64,000 bases of DNA from Catajapyx aquilonaris (taxonomy: Eukaryota). The position numbers and the translations under genes are program-made. Below the pieces are notes generated by a model that was not told the origin of the DNA, did no database searches, and saw nothing but the letters and a program-made list of their open reading frames with translations. Shown piece by piece: positions 1 through 11,600 of the stretch. The DNA lies in the NCBI GenBank assembly GCA_000934665.2, contig JYFJ02000353.1:62001-126000 (forward strand). Reading direction: 5' to 3'. Position 1 is the first letter of the stretch, and each line of letters starts with the position of its first letter.

Positions 1-364
1 TACCTTCATTCCAACCTGAGGTCACTTTCCCTGACCCAGATGACCTCTCATCGCAACCTGCTGGCATCTCCGCCGCCTCCCACCATCTACGAGGAGGTCG
101 GACCATCCGACTCATCATCTCCGTACAGCTCCGTGTACTACAACTCGACCCATCCCAAACGGGTCAGCTTCTCGTCGCTTCGAGGTTTGAACCTGGGCAT
201 ACCCGAACCTCTGTACGAAGGCGTGTACCATGTCAATCGGGCCAAAGGTCGAGTGGACAGGCTGTCCACTCATGGGGACGACGACTCAGTGTTCGGTGCG
301 GACGACGAAGCATCGGTCACCACCAACGGGTCATACTCTTCGGCATGGGACCGTGACAACGATG
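1..364 (+). CDS. 5'-truncated large coding exon, probably the long N-terminal isoform of the SRCIN1/KIAA1217-like (CG32809-like) gene
   Basis: Frame 1 is open from position 1 (YLHSNLRSLSLTQMTSHRN...WDRDND) and is followed by an abrupt switch to AT-rich sequence. Donor G|GTGAGC at 364/365 is phase 1, compatible with the 4628 micro-exon and the 54028 exon. Assignment to this gene is an inference from phase compatibility. Confidence 0.7.
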
Positions 365-1334
365 GTGAGCAAAATTATTAGTTAGTTTAACCAATTATTC
401 ATTAGTTATATTTTAGTAGTGCATACTACATACTTTTTAACAGTGCCATTGATTCCTTGGGCATATACTTGAGCACCAGTTATTTTCCGGTTGCGGATTT
501 TTATTTCTGGTGTTTTTTTTTTTGAGAGAGAGAGCAAATATGCACCATGTACCGGCCAGTTGTGCCCGAAGCTAGGTCAGACTTAAAAAAACACAATGTA
601 GTGAACTATAAATGAATCGATATTTTGGGCTTCCCGAACAAAAATATATGCCCCAAACACGGCTGTCGACAACATAACCAAGTTAAACTGGCCAAACTTT
701 TCGCATTTTCCATTCCCAGCTCTCGAATAATAACAATTGTTTGCCGATTTGTTTTTTTTTTGTTTTTTTCGGGTCCCGTTTTTTTTTTGTACGAATGGGA
801 CGTTTTGTGACAGTTTTTTCCTCGGGGTTAGTTGTACATTGCAGCCATAAACTGTTATTTCCGAGGACGCTATAAAAAAGTCGACTGGAATAATATTTTT
901 TTAAAGATTGTGAGTTGTGGATTCCAGCAACCAGATGATATAGGGTGAACAACCAGTCACTTATGCTATTTACGTACCACCCTGTTACATATTTAACTCA
1001 TGAAGCTCTTTTGGTTGTTGACTAATAATTGTTCAGCGGCTGGACGGGACTGAAATAACCGCATAATTATTGCATTGCACAATCGCAATGCGTCAACAAC
1101 AGGTTATTAATTTCGCTTGGTTTTTGTCCTGGCTCTGTGACTGTCACACGTCAATTTTCAAAAGGGGGACATTTTTAGACCTGGAGCGCGACATAGCTCG
1201 CGAATAGCCTGCAAATTGTCGGCTTCATATAAAGCGTTGACGCGTAATTGGACGCAAAGTGTCGCTTAATTACTTACGACTTTGCTGGTTGTGCATAGAA
1301 GAAAAGACTGGTTAAAACTGGCGGGGTTTGGCCA

Positions 1335-1456
1335 CCAATCAGCTCGCGAGACGTGGCTAACGCTTATTGGCTAATCCGAACAAGCGTGCTGGAATCCGGC
1401 CAATAAGCGCGAGCCACGTTGTGCGAGCTGATTGGCCGGATTCCAAACTACGCTTG
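1335..1456. repeat. Two overlapping imperfect inverted repeats, CCAAT-rich (probable MITE remnant)
   Basis: CCAATCAGCTCGC..ACGTGGCT..CGCTTATTGGC pairs with GCCAATAAGCG..AGCCACGT..GCGAGCTGATTGG (1335-1435). CAAGCGT..GGAATCCGGCCAAT pairs with ATTGGCCGGATTCC..ACGCTTG (1381-1456). Confidence 0.7.
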
Positions 1457-4400
1457 CTGATTGGTTGATACCGAATATATGCTAATAGTGGATACAACGT
1501 GGTGTGAACCCAACTTTTTGCGATTGTTAGGACAGGATGCCGATTGGACTGTTTTTAATGAAAAAGGTGTTGGTCTGATTGGCGTGTGGTGTCTGAGGTG
1601 CTGCCGGGTGTTTCCATATTATTAGGCCACAGGACTGGGTGGTGGTGGCAGCATTATTGGACTCGAGGGATGGAAATGCATTGGGAATGAATCCCATCCT
1701 CTCCCCAAGAGAAATCCGCCTTCAACCAGGCCGCACTCTATACCCCCCCGATCTATTTTAGATTGCATTCGAGCATAGCCCAAATTCTGAGGGTAAAAGG
1801 AGTGAAGTCGCCGCTTTACATCTCAAGGCGATTCTCAGTCGACACCTAACGGGATTTCAGGGGGACCATATTTCGAAGGTTTATTGCCAACTCGACCCGG
1901 TTTTCTTTTTTTTTTTCATTCTTCGTCGCAGTGCTATTTATGGTTCTTATGTGAGAAGGGTGTGAGTTGTGTAAAGCCTAATTGCGACACCCTGTACATT
2001 TGTTGCAAACTATAAGCGGACCTAATATTGGAGCAAGGTATTTTTCAATACGGGTTAGTCTTCAGTATAATGAGTGTGCCTGCTAATTTTCGGTTACAAA
2101 CTTTGCAGGCGTGGACTGTACTGTACATACATTAGTTTGCTGCCCAATTTATTTTGCAGTGTGTCAACAACGTAGCGTCAAGATTATTTTGTGCCGGTGA
2201 ATAAGTTTGTTCACTCATCAGATCCGATTATCCTAACTCTCCAACAAAGCCCGGCTAAATTTTATTACGCCAACATAACAAGGACCTAAACTACCTAATA
2301 TGAGACAAGTCTAAGCTTTTGTAGGCACAGGCCACCGCGCATAACCTATAAATTTGTTACGATATTTTTAAAAGACTAACATAAGCGTAATAGTGATGTT
2401 ATCATGTTCATAAAATTGCCACTTTCAATAATTTGGATTTTTTCCCTTTGCGTTCATACAACCGGGCCTAATCCTGCAACCGGATTTGATTTTTTTTTCT
2501 CTGCGATTTGCAGAAATCTGGCAAGGAATTAAGTTCCGCAAGCATGGCGCTTGTGATCGATCGGATTAAACGAGGTCTGATACTGATCGAGCTCGGCTTC
2601 CTTCCCGGGAGTTCATCCAATATTGTGATAACAGTGCCAATTGGTCCGTTCAACCGAGTCGAATGCAAGAGGGATGGTTTATATAATATATTTTGGGAGG
2701 CTGCAGAGGAAGATCCTACAGCTCAAGGATTCGTGGCACAGATATGTCATCGACATAATTGTGCCCTTTGTCCTGCTTAATTAGGGCCTTGAAGGCGTTG
2801 CCGCTGCAGAGGCCTAAACCTCCCTGCATTTCCGATGGACGAATTTATATGCTAATCTTATATATCCTCGAGCCTCCTTTTTTCGTCTAGGATTTCTCAG
2901 ACGTGGACCGCCCTAATTCCGGATGTATGGAATGGTTGCATGCTTGGAATCACCGCTTTTACTTCGCTTTGCACGTATGATCAGTTTTGCATAATATTAT
3001 AGGTTGAATGAAAGTTCACGTTTTGTATGATGTTGGCCATTAGCGGCACACATGTTGGGCATCATTGTGCATTGTGTGAAGGTTCTAAAGAGGGTTATGG
3101 ATGTGTAATACATGCGGACGGTGGAAACCCTAGAGGTCGAGACATCAGGGATGTGAATAGCCATCAAAAAGCCTAAACCCAAATAAGGGCCGTTGGCACT
3201 GTGCCAATGCTCCAGAGGTCAGTCATGTCCTGCGAATGTGCTTCTCCAGACTTTTCGATAATTAATGGGAGATAGCAAATCTACATTAGGTTATTGTTAT
3301 AGACTGCTTACATCTGAAATGGATAATGCGAATGATATAAATATTGCAATCCATATTCCACTGCGAGATGAGTGTATACATCCTATGCATCATTTATTGT
3401 GAAACAACATGCACAACATATGCTCCACTCAATATTTCAAGCAAATGTTTTTTATGCGTTTGATTGCGAACTTTCACGAAATGATTTTTCTAGACTGGTA
3501 CAGTACAGCATGTTTTATTTAGTCAAAATTTACAACGAGTTTCAGCACGAATCTGATCATGTGCATACATGTAGCCTTCACGAGAGGATGAAAATCAACA
3601 GGCTCTAGTCGCTTCGCAATAGGATTGTTTGCGTTGTGTTGATTAATCACAACCCTGTTAGATGTCATCCATAAATTACATCCTGCGATTGGTTTGGGAG
3701 AGTGAGCTCAAAACAATCTGTGCATGACCATTGGGTGGGAGTCGCACATGAATGAGTATTCATCTCCGTAAGGTTAACTTGATTCGCAATCAAAATTATT
3801 GGTGATTACAAATTGTCAACATACACCGTGCAATTCACAGTGCCTAATTACACCCTTTGAATGTTTAAAAATAGTCTACAAGTACCAATTGTGTCTCTCT
3901 GTCGCAAGTTTGAAGCCAGGCAGCATCAAACTTGCATGAAGGTAAGTACGTCAAGCTCATAAGACGGGTTGTCATGGGGACTCCTCCAGTCCCAAATCGT
4001 GCTCTTCATACCCGTTTTACTGCCAATTATTCCCGGTTCTTCTGTCATTTTGTTTATACCGTTACCTAGCAACAGTAATTTTGTCACCCCTCGATGGGAC
4101 CTGCGGACGTCAGTTGATGTTGTCTCTATAGGAGCAAATAAAGACAGGAACATTGTCCTGGTTTGTGTTATACGTACAAGTTGAAGGTAGTTGGGATCAC
4201 CATGCATATTAATCGGTAATATCGGCCGTCTTATACGTCCATATACCAAAGTTCGGTTGGTTGGTCGAATGTAACCAGCTGCCAGCTTGACTTGGAGCCA
4301 ATTTCCTTTGAAACAAAAGCCAGCAGATGGAATGAACAAAGGTCGATTACCCTTCCTTCTCTCTCCGCATAACTGCAATGCCCTACCTGCATATTTTACA

Positions 4401-4627
4401 CACTTTATGAATTATGAGCCTTTCCTCCCTGATGTCTTGGCTGGGGAGCTCTTAAGAAGCGGAAGAAACGGCTGCAAGATTTCCCCCANTCCCCCCCCCC
4501 CCCCCCTTCTTCTTTCCTCGAGATATATGTGATAGTTTTTGTGCTGATCGCACCTGCGACCAGCCAGTAAACATATTTTCAGCCCTTTGCTAAAATGGTT
4601 TTTGCAAAAAAAAATTTGTCTTTCCAG

Positions 4628-4666
4628 AATGGGTGTACAGCGCAGTCAAACGCCGCCACACTACTG
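4628..4666 (+). CDS. 39-nt symmetric micro-exon (phase 1-1), (E)WVYSAVKRRHTT(G)
   Basis: Acceptor TTTGTCTTTCCAG| and donor |GTGAGT. The length is a multiple of 3 with no stop, and it joins exon 1-364 to exon 54028 in frame. Confidence 0.7.
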
Positions 4667-5143
4667 GTGAGTAATTACACTGCTATTTTATCAATCATGT
4701 TTTTTTTTGGACACCGTGCTGTTTGATCAATATTGTGCTGACTTGGCCTCAAAAAAAAAGTTTGAACCATGCTCGCAGATCATAATCATATAGAGGTTCG
4801 TGCATTATTCACGTCGAATTCAGGCTTCTCTCATATTATATCATGGCAGCAGACATAATGTGACGACTTTGCATTGTTGCCCCGCCCGAATTCTGTGCCG
4901 TTCAAGTAGCTTCCAAGCTTCTTGAACCTCTTGAGATTCCAACGGGGGCCTGATTTATGCCTGGCTATGCGCATTACATTCTCCAGGACGGGCTTCAACA
5001 AACCAACAGACACATTTGTCACCAATGTGTATGGCAGGAAAATGCAAAAAAGTGTCGGGGGAGAGAGGCTCCGATTAAAAAGTAGGCTATATCTGGCAAC
5101 ACCGCACCAATAGGAAAAAGACTACCGGCAATAAATTTTCTCT

Positions 5144-5144
<1 letters not shown>

Positions 5145-5179
<35 letters not shown>

Positions 5180-5190
5180 NCCCGCCCCCC
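5145..5190. repeat. Poly-C homopolymer tract containing an N
   Basis: About 45 nt of nearly pure C. Similar C/G tracts lie at 4483-4506, 48138-48158 and 51687-51704. Confidence 0.9.
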
Positions 5191-5464
5191 TCCGGCATAC
5201 TGCCCCCCTAAGGCCAAGGGCTTATCTTCAGCAAGTGGAAGTTTCTGGGCTGAAGGGCTATAGGTTTGGATGTGAGTGGGTGGGTGGGTGGGTTGGTTTG
5301 GTGGGTGGGGCTAGATTTATAGCCGCTCAGTTTCCCAACCTCGCAATTCTGGAAGCCCAAGGCCCTGGAATAAAAAGGTATCGGTGCTCGCACATGGCCA
5401 GATTCAAATGGTATTTCTAGCACACCCTTTTATCTCCGGAAACCTGGAGTGTGATATCTTCTAA

Positions 5465-5920
5465 TAGGGTTGGGGGTGATATTTCGATACGCTCAATGTG
5501 CGATCGATATTTTCTGAATATCGTGTATATATACCAGTAATAGTTATGCCTGAACCGTACAAACTGATTTATGAATTCAGTTATTTGATTTTAGTTTTTT
5601 TTGGTATTCTAATGGCGATATCTGTTTCTATGTCGGTATGATGATAAGTAATCTGCTTGAGAAAACAGGATTTCGATATATGTACGGTACTGTATGATAC
5701 ATACGAGATAACGACACTTAGGTATCGATATCTCTATATCTGTATATCATATCGTAGAATGGCATTCGATTTTTAAACAATGTCGATTTTTGATAATACA
5801 GAATGATATTCGATATTTATTACATGATCGATTTTCGATATACATATAGAGTTAATGCCGTATTTGTGCGATATCGATTTTTGATATATGTAATGAGATT
5901 CGATATTTATGCATTATCGC
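5465..5920. repeat. Degenerate AT-rich repeat built from TCGATAT/TCGATTTT units, possibly a decayed DNA-transposon subterminal array
   Basis: More than ten TCGAT(A/T) cores. AATGA(T/G)ATTCGATATTTAT recurs at about 5802 and 5892, a period of about 90 bp. Confidence 0.55.
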
Positions 5921-8599
5921 CTTTTTTGCATAAAAATTAAGATTCGCACAGCATGCTAATTTTTTTTGGGGGGGGGAGGGAAGGAGTCGCACGGAGAAGT
6001 TAGGGAAAAAATGTAATTATTTCGCCATTAATCACAAGCTGGTGTCAGATGAGTCGGAAAAGTCTTATGTTTTGTTTCGGTCCTTTTGCGGTAAAAAAAA
6101 GACACAGCGAGAAGAGCGGAATTAAGGAAGTTTCATATGGTTCAACAGCTTTTAAAAAAAATAAAGTTTTGAACCGGTGATTAATCATCTCCGTGCTAAT
6201 AGGACAAGACGGTCAGCAAGTTCCACCGTAAATGTAGTGTATTATTTTGGGGCGACGTCCCTTGGTGTTGTCTCGGGAATATCAGAGCGTGAAGGATGCT
6301 GAGGGTTTATGGCGGCAGGATTTCAGAAAGAGAGAAATGGTCTGGGTCGTAGGAAAATGGTCGGCGTAATAAATTATATTGGTTTCCGTCGTGGAACAGG
6401 GAGGAGAAGAAAAAAAATATATAGGAGCCACGTCCAAAGTTGCCACTTTCGGAAGATTCAAATGAATATTCAGTGGCCCCAAAAGAACAATGAAGCCTCC
6501 CCCGTAAAGTTTTGGCACGTCTAAAGGGCAGGAGAGAAGTTGGCCTTATCTGGTGCTTGTTCAAGGAAAGGGTCAAGGAGGCTCGAACTTTATGCAGGTC
6601 GGTGTACTTTTCCTATAGGATTGCGATTGGCTAGATTTCTCACTATGTTAGATATTATTATTGATGGAAAATATGTGGCAGAATAATTGAGGCACACTAT
6701 AGACATCTCATTAAATATTTAGCTAACAAGTAAGTGTGGAGGTTTATTCCAGCCATGAATCTTGAAAACGAGTAGTTACATAACGAGAAAATGATTGCCT
6801 CGCACTTTGCCTGCCTAATGAATTAGGCGACGCACAGGGACGCGCCGTCACCTCATTGCCGTCGCGGGTAGGATTCCGCAAACATGGGAGAGGAGAAACA
6901 TCCATTCTTGCGATCAGAAGATTCCTTCCCGAAAAAGCAGGGAGAGAGCAAAGCAAATAAGAGTTCTCCTGGAAAAGCAGGAGCCTACTTTACTTCCAGC
7001 ACACCGCAAGTGTCGCATGCTGGAGAAAATACCATCTGGCTTCCATATTACTTGCCGATAGCATTTTGGACCATACTGCCAGGATGCCAGGTTGCAGTTA
7101 TGGGAACATTTCGGTGCTGTGCCCCCTTCCTAGTATGCACCGTATCGTGCAGAAGCTTGTTTGGTTACCTGGCTTCCAGGATGAGCCGCCACCTTTTTGT
7201 TGACATTACACAGTAAATACACGCTCACATAACCGCCCGCCGCGCCGTGTCGCTTGAAAGGTACACAGATATGCGTGTGACTGTAATGGTACGTGCATGT
7301 CAAATTCATGTGCTTTCGAGGGGATGGTGGATGTGTCAAAGAGAATATTTTTATGTATTTATTTATATTTCATATCCAGGACGCTCTGATGGGATTTGAT
7401 GCGGGTATGTGTGTGTGTGTTTTTTGTGCGACATGTGATGCAGCAGGTCAATTCGGAACATTTGCGTATCCAGTTGTTTTTTGTGCACTCCTACTGCATT
7501 ACCTTGCTCAGTTTAAAGTACGGTACTGATTTTTATCAGATGTGGGATACGCACAGGTGCACATTATTAGCGTGTTTTGATAACTTAATATAGTGGAAGG
7601 GTTGGTTCATCCGAGTTGAAATATATTAATGCAAATTTTGCAGAATTGCGGCATATTAACTATTTTGGCATAACTGTTGCATGTAAAATGCGTATCCGTT
7701 CCGAAATGTTCCGTTTCATATCCAAATGGTAACATTTCCCTTATAAATAGGTGGAATAAAAGGGACATTCCGACACGAATAAGTCAACCATGGTGTTGAC
7801 AACTCCCTGCTCCTTTTTTAAAATCATCAGCAGGGGAATAAAAAAGGACCGTCCGTAAAATTCATAGAACTGTGGCCTGTGTGTGGTGGGGCATTAATGA
7901 GGCAAGTTTGAGAGAAGTGCTTCGGGGCCTGGCTGGATGCTGCAACCGTGGGAGGCCCCCCCCCAAAAAATGTATAAAAAAGTAGAGGGTGGGGCTTGGG
8001 GTGGAAGTGCCTTTTGAGCTAGTTGGAGAATAATGAGGGATGGATTAATTGGATTAGGGATTCGATTAGAGAGGGGGCCGGATGGGAAATTAGGCCACCG
8101 ATGGAAGTCATATTTGCGGCCCACGAAAGATGCTTATGGGGGAAGATAGTTATGAAACAATTGACTCCCCCAAAATATTCGTAGTGTCAATTTTGTTTTG
8201 AGTTGTCCTACCGTTTACTGTTGCAAGTATTGAGCGATATCCGAAACACACTGTAGTTTCCGAATCCTAAATGTGTTTTCCCGGGCATTGATTGCTGTAG
8301 GTAGTATATGAGACCAGGGAGGGTTTGGATGGTTGGGAGGGTATGTTATATGCGAGTTGCTTGAAGGTCCAGGTGGACCGGGGGCTTCCGGGGAAAATGG
8401 GGTAGGTCACGTGATGGTGGGGGAAAGCGGGGGGGAATAGCGGGGAGGAAGGGAGGAGTCGAGAGAGAGAGGCTGTGTTGTGAGAGCGTGGAAGAGAGGC
8501 GGGCAGGCGGGAAGAGTGTGCGCGGGTGGAACAGGAAGTGAGGTCAGGCGTTGACCCGGGGTCAACTTCAAGGCCGTTGGCCCCGGGTCATCATCCGCC

Positions 8600-8633
8600 A
8601 TGTTCGTCTGGAGGCAGTGCGTCTCCTTGGACG
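8600..8633 (+). CDS. Candidate alternative first coding exon, MFVWRQCVSLD(G)
   Basis: ATG in CCGCCATG context, consensus donor G|GTAAGT in phase 1, and a purine/G-rich promoter-like stretch upstream (about 8400-8560). Confidence 0.55.
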
Positions 8634-11600
8634 GTAAGTAAATCTCGGATTAGTCGCGTGATCTGAGATTAACTTGATGCAACTGATATTGACTGCTTCT
8701 AGTGTGACAGCTAGGGGGGAGGTGTAATTAGTGGGAGTCGAGACCCTCTTGTGTAAAGTGGTGTGGCTCGACGTTTTGGAGAAGTGTGTCACAGGGTTGC
8801 GATACGTGGGGGGATGGGTTTGCCGCCTGTGGAAAGTGACGTGCTTGGATTACATCCAAGCGAGAAGAAAGTTGTCGTATGGATTATTGGACGACCCGCC
8901 ATTCTTCTTCTCTCTTTTTTATTATTTTTTGGGGGTAATGGAGGATTTAAGAGTAGGCAATAATCATGAAACGGTTGCGGTGCTATTGATTAAAGTTTTA
9001 TTATTGTAGAAACGGGGTAATGCACGGTTTTGGCTGGTTCTCTGAAAATTTCCAGTGAAATTGTCCAGAGGGCAAACTTTCGCAACTTCGGTAATTCATG
9101 AGACTACTTCGCGTTTACTCTGTTACATATTCCATCAAAATTATCCCCAGAAAGGTTCATTTTAAAGGCTAATACTGTTTTGTATTCTTCCTTTGAGCTA
9201 ATCAGGTGGTTGTTTGCTCAACATGTACCAATTATTATTCTCTGTCACATTTGCTTATTATTAATAATATTAATAATTTATTAATGATTGCCGATTTTTT
9301 TCTCGGATCAAACAGGCTCGAGTGGATATTAGATTAGTATTACTTCCTTGCTTTTTGAGGCAAATAAATTGTGTGCGAATCCCAGCTGGCTTTGCAATTA
9401 TTTTCGGTACCTAAAAGCATATTCCTGTGCAGGATTTTCCGTGTACCCTTTGTTGAATGCACGTAGCAGACGGGCCTAGCCTATGCCCTTTTCCTGTCGG
9501 GTCTTGTTTGCAACTGGTTACGAGACGGATGTAGGTACATTAGGTAAACAAGCGGCCCGAGTGAATCCTGCTGGGACCAGCTCCGGATGAATTCTATACG
9601 GGTAGGTCCGGGAGGTATATAGGACTATGTAAAAAACCTGGTGCGAGGGACAAGACTTTTAGTTGTGAGATGGCGTGCTGGATTCGGAGATGGAAAAAAG
9701 GAGATATGGTGAATAGGTTGGATGTAGCCTATTCGCCCACTTGCTCACTTTCCCATCCATTCCTATTCTCTCCTTCCTTTTTTTCTCATTTTCTTTTTTT
9801 TTCTTTCGATCGATTTCCACGCACGCTTAAACTCACTTTACCGCGTTTTTAGACCGCCCGTGACACTTTCCTGCTCTCGGGCATTCTACCAGATACCATC
9901 CTTGTCTACCTCCAGCTTTTCAAAGGGGCCCTAAAGTTGGCCTTCGTATTATATGAATAAGGATGGGCTCCCTAATGGATGGAGAGTCGCGTCGTTTGTA
10001 TGCCAACATGTGGAGACCTGAAGTTCAGAAAGAGTTACATTAAAATGACTTCGAGATACCATAGTTTGAAGACTACAATGTCACGTATGAGATAGCTTTA
10101 TAAGTTTTAAATATGATTTATGTATAGCAGCAATTCCCATGTGGAAAGTTCCGGTGAGAAACTTTCCACGACAACAAAAATGCGATTTTGATCGTATTGC
10201 AAATCAAGGCTTCGTATTGATGTATCCGTCTGCAAAGTCACCATGGAGACCTGAAATCTGAGCCGAAACTTACAAACTCACTTTGCTTTCTGGCCAATTT
10301 CTGCAATGTATACTTCCCATCCAGCCAAAGAGCATCCGTGCCTACAGTGTAAAACTAACACGCTTATACCTTACAACCGCAACCTTTTCTCGAAAGTACG
10401 ACAAAAGCGGAAACTCCTTTCTAAAGCTCCTGCTTCTGACGCAGAGCAAGAGAAAATAATATGATACATACTGCTGCATTGCATTACTATTTTGAGCTTA
10501 CTTTGTTTTGCAGCGAATTCCGGCCATGCTGATTTTCATTATTATGTGACCGTGTCAGCTAATGAATATTACTCGTGATAACATCTCCACGTAGGGAATG
10601 TGGTATGATAATTAGCGCAAGTATGATTTACACCCAGGGAATAATCGTCTTTCCTTTTTTTGTGCGCTTGTAATGCAACTGCTCGTTGTTGACGACGTGC
10701 CAAGCGAGTTTATCCGATGTTGTGTATTTTTTATGCTTTCGGATGAACTATCCAGCTTCGAGCCCTGCTGCATATCATTTTTTAGGCATGAACTCCAGCC
10801 AATCGCGTTATCTGAAATTTACCCATAGATCCTCCACACAGCTGCATTACACCGAGGCTGACTTATCTATGGGGAATGTAACCCTCTTCCTGGCTTCACT
10901 CAATTGGTTTGTTTACTACAATATAATGGAATAATTAATTAGGATGGCGTAATGACTTCATCACGGCGTAATTGTGTATATGCTAACGCGTTGTAGGGCA
11001 TCAGGTGCAGCAGCCAAAATCCCCCGACTAAGTTTGTTCAAAAAGTTATTTCGAGCAAATACCGCTCTATATGAAATTATTTTGAGTAATTATTTAGCTC
11101 AATTTGGCTTTGAAAGCATTGTTCCGGTCAGTTTGAGTAATATTTGAGGGTGCTCTAAGAATTGCATGATTGCACCCAAAAGCATTTTAGATCTTGACTA
11201 CACTTGGCAACAGTGTAACCTTGCCGGGTATTTTCCTCCCTTCTTTTAAATTACCTCGAAACATGAATACTCGAGCGGAAAATGACTTTTTTTCCCATTA
11301 GCTCAGACCGCTTCCGATCTTAAGTGAAGAAGAGGTTGGCACACAAACGCGTTCTTTTTTCTCTCTTTTTTGAAAAAAAAGAAGAAATAAATAAACGAGG
11401 CAAGTTAGCCTCTTTTTTTGACTGTATAATATCATTGGCAGGGACAGATTGGAATGATTATTCCAAGGCTGAATCCGGTTGTCAGGACTGGAAGGAAGTT
11501 AAGATTGATGGCACGTCTTGGGTTTAGGTGTTGTCGGCAGGTGGACGTAAAATTCCAGGAGAAAAAAGGGTCTCCGCAAGTGTGATGGAGCCGACTCTCC

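Noticed and set aside
5145..5190. Long poly-C/poly-G tracts as functional G-quadruplex elements
   Set aside because: They contain Ns and homopolymer lengths are unreliable in assemblies. There is no independent evidence of function.
9670..9708. ATG segment MACWIRRWKKGDM followed by GTGAAT
   Set aside because: The donor is phase 0 and weak, so it is incompatible with the phase-1 acceptor at 54028.
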